From: Vulcanimicrobiota bacterium
Lineage (GTDB): Bacteria > Vulcanimicrobiota > Vulcanimicrobiia > Vulcanimicrobiales > Vulcanimicrobiaceae
DNA: 64,000 bases
Reading direction: 5' to 3'
NCBI GenBank assembly: GCA_963736475.1
Contig: CAVTOQ010000007.1
Coordinates: 16,807-80,806 of the forward strand
This document shows, piece by piece, positions 52,339-63,683 of this stretch; position 1 is the stretch's first letter, and every line of letters begins with the position of its first letter. A program made the position numbers and the translations under genes. A model generated the notes under the pieces. That model was not told the origin of the DNA, searched no databases, and saw only the letters and a list, made by a program, of their open reading frames with translations.

Positions 52339-53665
52339 TTCCCGCTGACTGTCATCTCGGCGACGCGAAACGACGGCGAAACGACGGCCCCGTCGAAACG
52401 CAAATCGTTTGCGACGGCATCGACGCCATCCAGCATGTCCGCGTACTGTCCCGCCACGGTAAATTCATCGATCGGATACGCGATTTCGCCACCCTCGATG
52501 AAAAAACCGCGTGCGCCGCGGCTGTACGTTCCCGAGGCGTGCTCGGTCGCAAAGCCGATCGTATCGACCACGAGGACTCCGAGCGGCGTCGCGGCGATCA
52601 TCTCCTCAAGCGTCATCGAGCCCGGCTCCAAGTAGAAGTTGCTCGGCCCGACGCCGCCGCCGGTCGAGTTTCCGGTGCTGGCCGCGCCCAGCTTGCGCGC
52701 GTAGTAGGTATCGTACAGGAACGTTTGCAGGACGCCGCGCTCGAAGACCGGCGTGCGCCGCGTCGGGACGCCCTCTCCATCGAAGGGGGCGCTGCCGAGG
52801 CCGGCGATCAGTCGGCCGTCGTCGATCACCGTTACGAGGTCGCTGCCGATCGCGCTTCCGACCTTCCGGTGAGCCAGGAGTTGCCGACCGCGACGTTCGC
52901 GCTCGAGACGGCCGCGAAGACGTCGTCGAGGATCGATGCCGCGACGTCGCGCTCGAAGATGACCGGCACGCGCATCGTCGGCGGCTTGCGAGCGCCGAAA
53001 AGGTCGACGGCGCGGCGGACCGCGGTGGTCGCGACGGCCTCGAGCCCCTCGAGGTCGCGCTGGTGACGCGCGGCGGTCCCGTAGTGCGCGATGCGCTTGA
53101 CGCCTCCGTCGAGCGCGACCGGCCCGGTGGATCGTCCGACGCGCGTCCACGCGTATCCGGCGGCGAAGCCATTCGAGTTCGCAAGTGCGGTGACGGCGAT
53201 CGCATCGGTGTAGTGCGAACCGCTGGAGTTCACGACGCGCGCGTCGGCTTCACGAATGAGCCGCTCGAGCCGCAGTGCCTCGTCGATCTTCTCGAGGCTG
53301 TCGCGCTCCGCGATGTCGGGATCGCACAGGCTCAGGTTCTCGCCGTCGGTTCCGACGCGATCCGGGAGGCCGGCGTACTCGTCGGCAGCAACCAATTCGG
53401 CGTGCGCGACCGCGCGTCGCACGGCGCCCGCGATACCTTCTGCGGAGAAGTCTGAGGTGGAAAGCGTCGCCCGGCGTCCGTCGCGGAAGACGCGCAGCAA
53501 CAGTCCCTTTCCGGTCGATCCTTCCAGCCGCGCTACCGCATTCTCGCGAGCCTCGACGTGCAGGCGCCGCGCGATCGAAACCGCCGCCTCCGCGCTCTGC
53601 GCGCCGCAAGCGCGCGCGGCGTCGAGCGCCTGTTGCGCCGGCGCGATCGCCGCCGCTTCATCCAT
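52335..53665 (-). pseudogene. pmbA: Metalloprotease PmbA (TldE), one frame change near 52850
   Basis: ATG 53665 (MDEAAAIAP...) lies within the giant track ORF 52832..57136. The C-terminal part LVTVIDDGRLIAGLGSAPFDGEGVPT...TFLYDTYYARKLG is in ORF 52335..53150. Confidence 0.8.
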
Positions 53666-55056
53666 GCTGCGTGCCGCCGACGGTGATGGACGAGATCTTG
53701 ACCGTCGGCATGCCGACGCCGACCGGCACGTATTGGCCGCCCTTCCCGCACGTGTAATGGCGGCGCGCCAAGCGGCTGTCGTTGCCGACCGCGACCACCT
53801 TGCGCATCGCGTCGGGTCCGTTGCCGATGATCGTCGCGTTGCGCACCGGTGCCGTGATCTTGCCGTTCTCCACCAAATAACCCTCACCGACCATGAAGAC
53901 GAAGTCGCCCTTGCTGATCTCGACCTGTCCGCCGGCGAACGACTTCGCGTAGATGCCGCGCCGCGTCGAGCTAAGATCTCGTCGAAGCTCGAGTCGCCGT
54001 CGGGCATGTACGTATTGCACATCCGCGGCTGGGGTGAGAAGCGGAAGGATTGCCGCCGTCCGCTGCCGGTGGATTCGACGCCCATCAATCGCGCGTTGAG
54101 CCGGTCCTGCATGTATCCGCGCAGAACGCCGTTCTCGACGAGCACCTTGTGCTGGCCCGGCACGCCCTCGTCGTCGACGTTGAGGCTGCCGCGCTCCTCT
54201 TCCAGGTTTCCGTCGTCGAAGATCGTCACGAGATCGCTCGCGACGCGTTCGCCGACTCGCCCGCTGTACAGCGACGTGCCGCGGCGGTTGAAGTCGCTCT
54301 CGAGGCCGTGTCCGACGGCTTCGTGCAGCAGCACTCCGCCGCCGCCCGCGCCGACGATCATCTCCATCTCGCCGGCGGGCGCCGGCGACGCCACGAGGTT
54401 GACCGTCGCGATGCGCGCCGCGTCCGACGCGAGCGCCTCGGGCGTCTCGCGATCGAAGTAGGCGATCGACGTTCGGCCGCCGTCGCCGACGTAACCCGAG
54501 CCGCGCTCTTTCTTGTCGCTCGCCACGACCTGGATGCCGAGCGTTACGAGCGGCCGCCGATCGAACACGAAGCGCCCCTCGCTCGTCGCGATCCAAACTT
54601 CTTGCACGTCGTCGACGAGCTGCGCGTTAACGGCGACGACCCTCGCGTCGCAGCGCCGCGCCGTCGCATCGGCGCGCTCCAGCAGCGCGACGTAGCGCTG
54701 GGGATCGACGGTGGCGGCGTCGTCGCGATGGTAGAGCGCCGCCACGCGCTCCGCGCGAAGATCGCTGCTGCCCGCCTGTCCTGCCGGCGCGCTGCGCGCG
54801 ATCAGCGACGCCGCCTCGGCGGTCTGCATCAACGCGTCGTCGCTAAGGTCGTCTGAGTGGGCGTAGCCGGCGGACTCCCCGACGACGACGCGAATCCCGA
54901 CGCCGAGCGTCACTGCCGTACGAAGCATCGTGAATGCGGCCGTCCTGCAACCGATACGAGAGCGTGCGGCGCCGCTCGCAAAAGACGTCGGCAAAATCAC
55001 CGCCGCGCCGGAGCGCGCGGCGGATGAGCTCCGCCGAGGAGCGCTTCGTCGAACAT
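53658..55056 (-). pseudogene. tldD: Metalloprotease TldD, about 2-3 frame changes
   Basis: ATG 55056 gives MFDEAL. The core is in the giant ORF (GVGIRVVVGESAGYAHSDD..., LLHEAVGHGLESDFNRRG). The tail FAGGQVEISKGDFVF...GNDSRL...VGGTQHG is in ORF 53658..54596. Its stop overlaps the pmbA start. Confidence 0.85.
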
Positions 55057-55062
55057 CGCGGG

Positions 55063-56449
55063 CTAAAACTCGACCAAGCGATCGACGGCGCGAACGATCG
55101 CCGCGTCGGGATCGCCCGGCGATCCGTCGATCAGGAAGGCAAATGCGACGCGCCCGTGATGCAGCGTGTTCGCGTAACCCGCGAGCGCCGAGACGTCGGA
55201 CAGGTGTCCGCTCTTCGCGCGCACGCGGCCGAGGGCGGTCGTGAAATCGTAATCTTCCAGCGTGCCTTGGCGGCCGCCTAGCGGCAGGAGCAGATAGAGC
55301 GATGCCTGGCTGTCGGCACAGCAGGCGCGCCACCGTGATCGCCGCGATGCGATTGTCCGGCGACAACCCGCTGCCGTCGAAGAGCCGCAGGCCGGGAGCC
55401 GGAACGCCGAGTCGCTGCAGGAAGCGGCGCTCGGCGTCGATGCCGCCTGCGTCGTCCGGCGTACCGGCGACCTCGCCGCCGACCGTCCGCAGCAGCTGTT
55501 CCGCGTAGTGGTTGTCGGAAACGAACAGCATGTGCGCCTCCAGCGTCGGCAGCGGCGCCGAGCGGTGATCCCACAGAACGACGGCGTCCAACGGCGAGCT
55601 CCCGACGCCGGGCGGCTGCGTGTCGCGATGCCGCGCGCGGCGAGCATCGACCTGGTCTGCGCGCCGACGTAGGCCACGACGTTCTGCATGGGCGTCCATA
55701 CCCGCTGTTCCGCTCCGCCTACGATCTCTTGCGACTCGATCGTGTCGCCGTCGAGCGAGACCGCGCTGATCGGAGCGGCGTAATCTTGACCGCTGTCGTC
55801 GGGATCCCAATGCGGATTGAGCGGCGGCCCGGTCAATGCCGTGGCGTCGACCATCACGCGGCCGTCGACGCGACGCAGACCGGAGCGCGCGAGCACGCCG
55901 ATGCCGTTGCGGAGGTCGCCGGAAACCAGCGATGGATCGCCCGATCCGATCAGCCAGAGGTCGCCGTCGAGTCGGCCGTCGTCGCCGATCGCTGCCGCGT
56001 GCCGCGAACATCGTATGAAACCGATACGCGGGCCCCAGCGCGTCAAGCGCGCTCGCCGCGACGACGAGCTTCAGCACGGAAGCCGGCGCGACGGCGCGGT
56101 CGCCGCGCTCGTCGAATACCGTGGTGCCGTCGGCGGCGACGACCGCGAGACTCCACCCGGCGGCACCAGCGATCGCCGGCGCAAACGCGCCGTGCAGCCC
56201 GCCCCACAACCGGTTGCGGTCGGCCGTTGTCCACGGCGGCGCGGGCGGAGCCTTGACGACGCGCTCCGTCAAGGGAAGCGCGGCCTCCGGAACCTGCTGC
56301 GCGACGGGTCTCGCGCCGTGCCCGCGAGTAACGAACCAAACCAGCGCTGCTATGAAGAGCAGCGCCGCGAGCGCGTACGTCCGCCGCTTACGGACGCGCA
56401 GCCGTCGAGATCTGGTCCTGAAGCCTACGCTGCTCTTGACGTAACTCAT
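55063..56449 (-). pseudogene. dacB: D-alanyl-D-alanine carboxypeptidase/endopeptidase (PBP4, S13 family), about 3 frame changes
   Basis: ATG 56449 gives MSYVKSS, then a signal-anchor ALAALLFIAALVWFV. The SxxK motif is PASVLKLV and the SxN motif is FVSDNHYAE, both in the giant ORF. The KTG-like RAKSGHL and the tail are in ORF 55063..56046. Confidence 0.75.
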
Positions 56450-58928
56450 CGATGTCATCGCGGAGGGCGGTAACCTGCGCCGGAACCTTGGCGCCTTTTC
56501 GAATGCGAATGGCGGCTTCCATCGCGTCGCGCCGCAAGCGCCCGTCAAAGGCCTGTGTCGCGAGGCGATCGAGCGCCGACAGCAGACGCGCGTCGCCGAG
56601 CGTCTCTGCGGTGGCGATAGCCTCGACTGCGACCGGAAAACTCTCGTCGTCGAGTCGCTGTTCGAGCTCGTCGACCACGCGCGTGCGCTGCTCTTCCACG
56701 AGCGCGCCGATGCGTCCGAGCGCGCTCGTCGCGGCGCGGCGCAGCCCGTCGCCGCTCCCGCGGATCCAACGCCTCGAGCACGATGGGCAGCGCGCGAGCA
56801 TCGGCAAGCTCGGCCAGTCCGCGCACCGCGCCCGCCTCGACCGCACCGTTCCACGTCCGCTGCTTCGCCGCCGACTGCAGCACGTCGAACGCGCGCGCGT
56901 CGCGCGTCTTGCCGAGCGCCGCAGCGCCGCGTTGCGCACGAAGTAGGAGGCGTCATTCGCCGCGACGGCGATGAGCGCGGCCGCAGACCTCGGGATCGCG
57001 AAAGTTGCCGAGCGCTTCCGCCGCGGCGCGCACCACTTTCGGATGGCGGTGCGACAGCGCGCCGATCAGCATCGTGCGCGCCCACGGCGCGCGCGTTGCG
57101 CCGATCGCCGCCGCGGCCTCGGCGAGCACGCCCCAAAACGGCTCGGCTTCAAAGGCGCGCTCGAGCGCTTCGCGCGCGATGCGACCGCCGTCCTTCGCGA
57201 GCTCGCGAGCCGCGCGAATCCGCGCGACGACGTTCGGATCGTCGCGCAACGCCGCCGCCGCGAAGTCGACGCCGAGCGCGTACGTGACGTCGGCCAGCAC
57301 GAACGCGCCCGGATCGAACCGCACCAGTTTCGGTTCGAAGTCGAGCGGGACGGCGATGGTCTCGTGCTGCCGCTCGACGCGCGCACGGACCCGGCGCTCC
57401 TCCTTCAACTCTGCAGGCGCGAGGCCGATCTCGACGTCGAACTCGTAGGGCGGATGCTCCGCATCGATCGATTGCTTCTGATCGATCGTGACCGTGGCGA
57501 TGTTGCGCTCGGCGTCCCAGGACGCGCCGACCTCGAGCTTGGGATGGCCTCCCGCGGAACACCCACTGGTTGAAGAAACCGCGCAGGTTTCGGCCGGTCG
57601 CGTCCTCGATCGCGCGCACCAGGTCGATCGTCTCGACGTTGCGTTGCGCGTTGTCCCGCACGTACTGTGCGATGGCGCGCCAGAAGCGCGACTCGCCGAG
57701 CTCGCCGCGCAGCATGTGCAGCACCGCGGCGCCTTTTTGGTAGAGGTGGCGATCGAAGATCTCGATGGGGTCGCGAAAGGTGTTGCAGACGATCGGCCGC
57801 CGATAGCGATCCGAATCCTCTCGCAGGTATGCGGTTAGGCATTCGAAGATATCGTAGAGATACTCGTCGTAGCCGAGGTCGGCTTCGCGCCACACGGCCT
57901 CCATGAACGTCGCGAAGCCTTCGTTGAGCCACGCGTGCGCCCAGTCGCGGCACGTCAACAGGTCGCCGAACCACTGATGCGCGAGCTCGTGCGCGACCAG
58001 CGGATCGCTCGAGAAATCCACGTGCGCCGTCTCGTCGTGGAGCGTCCGGTCGGTCTGCGTGGTCGCCGAGGTGTTCTCCATCCCGCCGAAGATGAAGTCG
58101 GTCACCGCGATCTGCGAATAGCGCGCGTACGGATACGGCGTTCCGATGCGCCGCTCGAAGAGCTCCAGCATCTTGCGGCGTCGCGCCGAACGAACGCTCG
58201 CCTTCGCTCTCGCGGCCGGGCAGCACGTAGTAGTAGATCGGGACGCCGTTGCGGCCCGCCGTCCCGCTCGCGACCTCTGCGAACGGTCCCGCGACCATCG
58301 TCATGAGATACGTGCTGTGCGGAACGTCCTCGCGATAGCGGAAGATCGTCCGATCGTCTTCGTCGCGGCGCTCGATCAGCTCGCCGTTGCCGAGTGCGAA
58401 CATTCCCTTGGGCACGACGATCGTCGTCGACGTCGGCTGTTTCTCGTGCGGGTAGTCGAGGCAAGGAAACCAGTACCGCGCGTATTGGTCTTGACTCTGC
58501 GTCCAGGCGTGCGCGATCTTCTCGGGGTGGTCTGCCGTCGGCTTGACGAAGAACAGCCCGTGACGCGGCTTCACCACGCGATACCGCACGGCGAAGGTCA
58601 CGCTCTCTTGCGCGGCGATCGGCGGCTCGAATTCGATCTCGAGCTCCCCCTGACGCGGCGCAAACTTCAGCTCGCGACGCTTTGCCGTCGCCCGAGAGCC
58701 GCTCGACGCGCGAAATCTCCAGGTCCACGGCGTCGAGCGGTACAGCCGCGGCACGGCTTCGTCGAGTGCCCGCACCGTCATCGTGCAAACGCCGTCGAGC
58801 GATTCGTCGGCGAAGTTCGGCGTCAGGTGGAGATCGATGTGCTCGACCGCGACGGCTTTGTCTGGGCCAAACTGAGGACGCGCGCCGGGCAGCGCGAAAG
58901 CCTGATGTTCGTTCGTCTCGTCGCGCAT
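56388..58928 (-). pseudogene. pepN: Aminopeptidase N (M1 family) with HEAT-like C-terminal repeats, several frame changes
   Basis: The N-terminal domain is in ORF 57405..58928. The catalytic GGMENTS and HELAHQWFGD...WLNEGFA (HExxH-18-E) are in ORF 57149..58171. C-terminal pieces are in ORFs 56953..57408 and 56388..56939. Confidence 0.85.
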
Positions 58929-58982
58929 CTAGTCGGGTCTCGAGTTACGAGCCGAACGTTTCTTAGTCCTGTAGCGTGAGGC

Positions 58983-59730
58983 CTACTCTGCGGCGGTTTG
59001 CAGGCCGCCGGTCACTTCGATCACTTGTCCGGTGATGAAATCGCGCTGCGGAGCGATCAAGAAGCGCACGACGTCGGCCACGTCTTCATAACTGCCGGGG
59101 CGCCCGCGCGGATTGCGCGCCGCGCGCTCGAGGGCATGCGCCCGGTCGAGCGTTTTCTCGCGAATGTCGCCGGGCGACACGACGTTGACCGTGATGCCGT
59201 GGGGTGCCTCCTCGACGGCGAGGCAGCGCGCAAACGCGACCAGCGCGCTCTTCGCCGATTGGTAGAGCGAGAAGCCGCGGAACGGGACGCGTCTGGCTCG
59301 GAGCCGAGCATCCCGAAGAAGATCATGCGCCCGAAACGAGCCTCGCGCATGGCAGGCAACGTCGCCCGCGCGGCCAGCACGGCGCTGCGCAGATTCCCGT
59401 CCAGCGCGGTCTCGGTAATCCTCGAGCGACGCGTTGGCAAAGCGTTTGACGACGAGCGGCCCGACGGCGTGCACCAGCGTGTCGAACGGGCCGTGCTCCG
59501 CGACGCCGCGCTCGAGCGCCGCTTCCACGGCGCGCCGCTCGTCCAGGAAATCGATGCGAATCGCGGCCGCCTGGCGCCCGCGGCCTCGATCGCCGGCGAG
59601 CGTCGCGTCCGGGCGGCGTCGCGCGGTACGTGATCGCGACCCGATCGAAGCCGTCGCGCGCGAGCGCGGGGGCGATGCCGGCGGCGAGGCCGCCGGCGGC
59701 TCCCGTCACAAGCGCGCGCGATTCAGACTG
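58983..59730 (-). pseudogene. Short-chain dehydrogenase/reductase (SDR), frame-disrupted; start uncertain
   Basis: The cofactor motif ALVTGAAGGLAAGI is in ORF 59323..59709. The catalytic YQSAKSA (YxxxK), ITVNVVSPG and the tail ITGQVIEVTGG are in ORF 58983..59528. Confidence 0.7.
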
Positions 59731-62700
59731 TTAGACTCCGCGTACGACGCGGCCGCCCTCGGCGCCAAACGGCTCGCCCTCGGCCTTGAACCGCGCGCCA
59801 ATCGGCGCGCCGCTCGAGCCAGCCGATCCACGTGTTGTAGATCAGCGGGACCAAGAATAGGGTTAAGATCAGCGAGCTCAACAATCCGCCGATGATGACG
59901 GTGCCCATCGCCTGGCGCCACTCCCCGCCTTCGGCGAAGCCCAGCGCCAGCGGCAGCATGCCGAAGACCATCGCACACGTCGTCATGAGAATCGGCCGGA
60001 AGCGCGTCCCGGCCGCCTGCAACACGGCCTCGCGAACGCGCATGCCACGACGGCATAGCGTATTGGAGTAGTCGACGAGTAGAATTCCGTTCTTGGACAC
60101 GAGGCCGAACAACATCACGATGCCGATCATCGAGATGAGGTTGAGCGACTGGCCGGCGTTCGGCTCGACGCGATGCATGAGCGACAGCGCGATCAGCGCG
60201 CCGATGATCGCGAGCGGTACGGAGAACATGACGATCAGCGGCTCGAGGAAGGAGCCGTAGAGGATCACCATGAGCATGTAGACCAGCATGAACGATGTGA
60301 GCAGGGCGATGCCCATGTTGGCCATCGTCTCGTTCATGTATTGCGTGTCGCCCTGCGCCGTGAGCTGCACGCCTTCGGGCAGGAATCCGGGCTCTTTCAG
60401 CTTCTTCTCCAGCGGACCGGTCACGGTGCCGAGCGAGTAGCCCGGAAGCGTGTCGCCGTAGACGTCCACTACGCGCTGACGGTTGAGCCGCTTGATCTGC
60501 AACGGCGCCCTCGTCCACTGGAAGTTCGCGATATCTGCCAACGGAACGAGCGTGCCGTCCTGCGCGCGGACCCGAACGTCCTGGAGCTGATCGACCGTCG
60601 AGCGGTCGGAGAGCGGGAACTGCACGCGAACGTCGACGAGCCCGTTCTCGGACCGGACGCGCGTTGCAACGGCGCCGTCGACGGCGAAGCGCGCGGCGTT
60701 GGCGGCATCGGCCGGCGCGATGCCCAGGATCTCGGCCTTCTGCGGGTCGATGTTCACGTTGAGTCGCGGCGCCGCGGCCTCGTTGCTGGTCTGTACGTTC
60801 ACGCTGCCGGGCGTGGCGCGCAGGAACTGCGCGACCTTCTCGGCCGCCGACGCGATCTCGTTCTCCGGCCCGGAGAGCGAATAGAAGATCGTGGCGCCGG
60901 AGCCGCCGCCGTTGTCGCCGGAGACCTGGAAGTCGCCGCCCGGCACCAGATAGTTGAGCTTGCGAATTTGGTCGATGATCTTGTACGTGTCGTGCCGGCG
61001 GCTCGGGGAGCGTCTGCGCGTTGAGGCGCGCGTAGTTGTCGCCGATGGCGCTGCCCCAGCCCTGCGGCTTGCGTCCGACCGTAGAGCTGACCGATTTGAT
61101 GCCGTCGATCTTCATGATCGCGTCTTCCAGCTGGCTGACGTACTTTTCGGTTACCAGGATCGGCGTGCCGGGCGGATACGTCACCGTCATGCTGATCTCG
61201 CCGTTCTGCACTTGCGGCACGAAGTCGAAGTTGATCGGACCCAAGGTCACGAGCACGATGGCCACCACAACCGGCAGCGCGAACGTCGCGACGTCAGGCG
61301 GCCGCCGCGCCCGGTCTGATAGAACCAGCGCACGAGGACGCGCGGCGCGTTCCTGAGCGCGTCGACCGGCATGCGCGCGAGCCGTCCGCGCCTCGGAGTG
61401 CCCGTTGGTCGAAGGCGACCACCGGTACGCGATGTTGGCCTCCGGAATCTTGCGACGCAGCACGAAGCCGACGGCGTGCCACACGGCCGCGAGCACGAGG
61501 ATCAGCACGTCGATCGTGATGGTCGACGTCCCGGCGCCCGCGGCCAGCGTTAGCGCGTTGATCAATAGCACCGTGCAAACGAACACGACGAAGAGTCCGT
61601 GGGCGAGCGCGTACGGCAGCGCAACCGACCGGTACCAGTTGAGAATCCGATCGTAGCGCTGGACGAAGGCGTTGAGCACCAGCACCGCGATGATCATGAT
61701 CGGCAGGATCGCGTGCAGGTCCGTCACCGGCCACGGTATCAGGTACGTCACGAGCGCGGCGGCGACGAGGGTCAGCTCGACCTTCCAGTTTCCGAGCGCG
61801 ACCATCCACTTCGGCGGAGGTCCCGAGCGCTCGCGGATGCTCCACCGCGCTGCGAGCAGCGGCGTGAGCGTGAACGAGACCAGCAGCGAGAATAGCGTTG
61901 CGATGACGATTACCGTGGCGAACTCGCGAAGATACGCCCCAACGATGCCCGGCAAGAACGCGATCGGAAGGAAGACCACGACGTCGACCATGGTGATCGC
62001 GATCGCCGCTCCGCCGATCTCGGTGCGGCCGTTGATCGCCGCGTCCACCGGGTCTTCCCCGAGGTCTCGATGGCGCGTGATGTTTTCCAGCACGACGATC
62101 GAGTCGTCCACCAGGATACCGATGATCAACGACAAGTCCCATCAGCGACATGATGTCGAGGTGGAACCCTAATAGGATCATCAGGACGAACGTCGCGAGG
62201 ATCGACGACGGGATCGCGATCATGATGACGATGGCGTTGCGCCACGCGTGCAGGAAGAGCAGCATGACGATCATCGTCAGCGCAATGCCCTCGAGCAGCG
62301 ACTGCCAGACGCCGTTGAGGGATTTCAGCGTGTAGTCGGCCGGCGCGTCGATCTCGCTAAACGTAATATCCGGAAACTGCGCCTCGATCTTCTTGAGCTG
62401 CTCGCGCGCGATCTTCGTCGCCGTGATCTCGTCCGAGCTGATGCTGCGCCCGAGCTCGATGTATACCCGCGGCTGCCCGTTGTAGTGCGAGATGGACGTC
62501 GGCTCGACGTGACTGTCGAACGCGTACGCGACATCGCCAACCTTGAGATTCTTGTTCGACATTCCGGGGACCGGAAGCGGTATCCCCAACAAGTCCCCGG
62601 CGCTGTTGATCTCCGCGTGAACCGAGACGCTCGTCTCCTGCGTCTTCTGGCGCAAGATCCCACCGGGCAGGTTGGCGTTGTTGGCCGCGACCGCGGCGAA

Positions 62701-63311
62701 GACGTCGCCCAGCGTGGCGTTCGTCCCGATCAGCCGCTCGGGGATCGGCTCGACATGGAACTCGCGCGCGCTCGCGCCGTAGATGTCGACCGTTTGGACG
62801 TTCGGGAATGCCCTTGAGGATCGGTTCGAGTTTGTTGTTAGCGAAGTCCGCGAGCTGCGTCGGCGAGAGGGTCTTCGAGCTGAGGGCTATGTCCATCAGC
62901 GGCTGCGAGGCGCCGTTCTTGTAGACGGTTGGAGGGTCGAGGTCGACAGGCAGGTAGACTCGAGACGGCATCGACCGCGCTCTGCACGTTGATCGCGGCG
63001 ATGTCGAGGTCCGTGCCGAGCTTGAACTGCACGATGATCGTCGCCACGCCTTCTTGCGCGGTGGCGCTGAGCTGGTCGAGGTTGTCGATGCCGTCGAGCT
63101 GGTCTTCGATCGGCTTGACGATCAGCCGTTCCATCTCTTGGGGCGACGCGCCGGGATAAGCCGAGTAGACCACGACGATGGGGAAGTCGGTGCCCGGCGG
63201 GTTGGAGCTTCGCCCGATCTTCGTGAAGGCGACCGTGCCGAAAATAGCCAGCGCGATGAACACCATGGCGGTGATCACCGGGCGACTAATGGCGAAGCGC
63301 GTCAACCACAC
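59723..63311 (-). pseudogene. RND efflux transporter permease (AcrB/HAE1-like), many frame changes
   Basis: GTG 63311 gives MWLTRFAISRPVITAMVFIALAIFGTVAF...PIVVVYSAYPGASPQEMERLIVKPIEDQL. Pieces lie in ORFs 62838..63311, 61294..62655, 59706..62135 and 59723..60946. The two-fold TM/porter architecture is recognisable. Confidence 0.8.
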
Positions 63312-63390
63312 GATGTCAGTTTCCTCGGCTGCATTCGCCTTGCTCTACGTTGCGAACCAGCCGACTGTTTCAAAACGTTCCCCGGAAATC

Positions 63391-63480
63391 TTAGCGCCGG
63401 GACCTGCCCCTGGCCACGGCCAGCGCCGCGCCGACTCCGGCGACCAGCGCGATAACGATCGGTAAGGTGAAATTATGCAT
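63391..63480 (-). CDS. Possible 29-aa hydrophobic peptide upstream of the RND gene (weak call)
   Basis: The minus strand ATG 63480 gives MHNFTLPIVIALVAGVGAALAVARGRSRR then TAA, with one TM helix and a basic tail. It lies 80 nt upstream of the RND start. No homology claim is possible. Confidence 0.25.
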   Translation of the reverse strand: MHNFTLPIVIALVAGVGAALAVARGRSRR

Positions 63481-63683
63481 TTTGACCCTAAGAACTAATG
63501 AGCAAATTTTGGTTCGGGCCGGCGGGGCTGGCAGGGAAGCTAACGGCGAAGTGTGCCAGGGCACATGAGCGGCGCTCCGCCCTTCGGGCTCCGCTGCGGG
63601 AGCAATCTCGTGCCCGTTAAGGTTAATGCGCAAGACTGGACTCGAACTAAAGGTTATTCGCGATTGTCCTCGAACCTCTATCA

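Noticed and set aside
52832-57136. Giant 1434-aa minus-strand ORF that could be read as a huge multidomain protein
   Set aside because: It is a chimera produced by the lack of stops in GC-rich DNA. It runs through the C-terminal end of pepN (out of frame), parts of dacB, most of tldD and the N-terminal two thirds of pmbA. Each has its own start, stop and overlap signals, and long Arg/Ala/Pro nonsense stretches lie between the recognisable parts.
63630-63680. Two GTTCGAG-type motifs suggesting a tRNA or tmRNA 3' end next to the recombinase
   Set aside because: Neither motif is flanked by a pairable 5-bp T-stem or a 7-bp acceptor stem, and no cloverleaf or tmRNA tag region could be drawn. They are kept only as possible recombination-site repeats in the recombinase finding.
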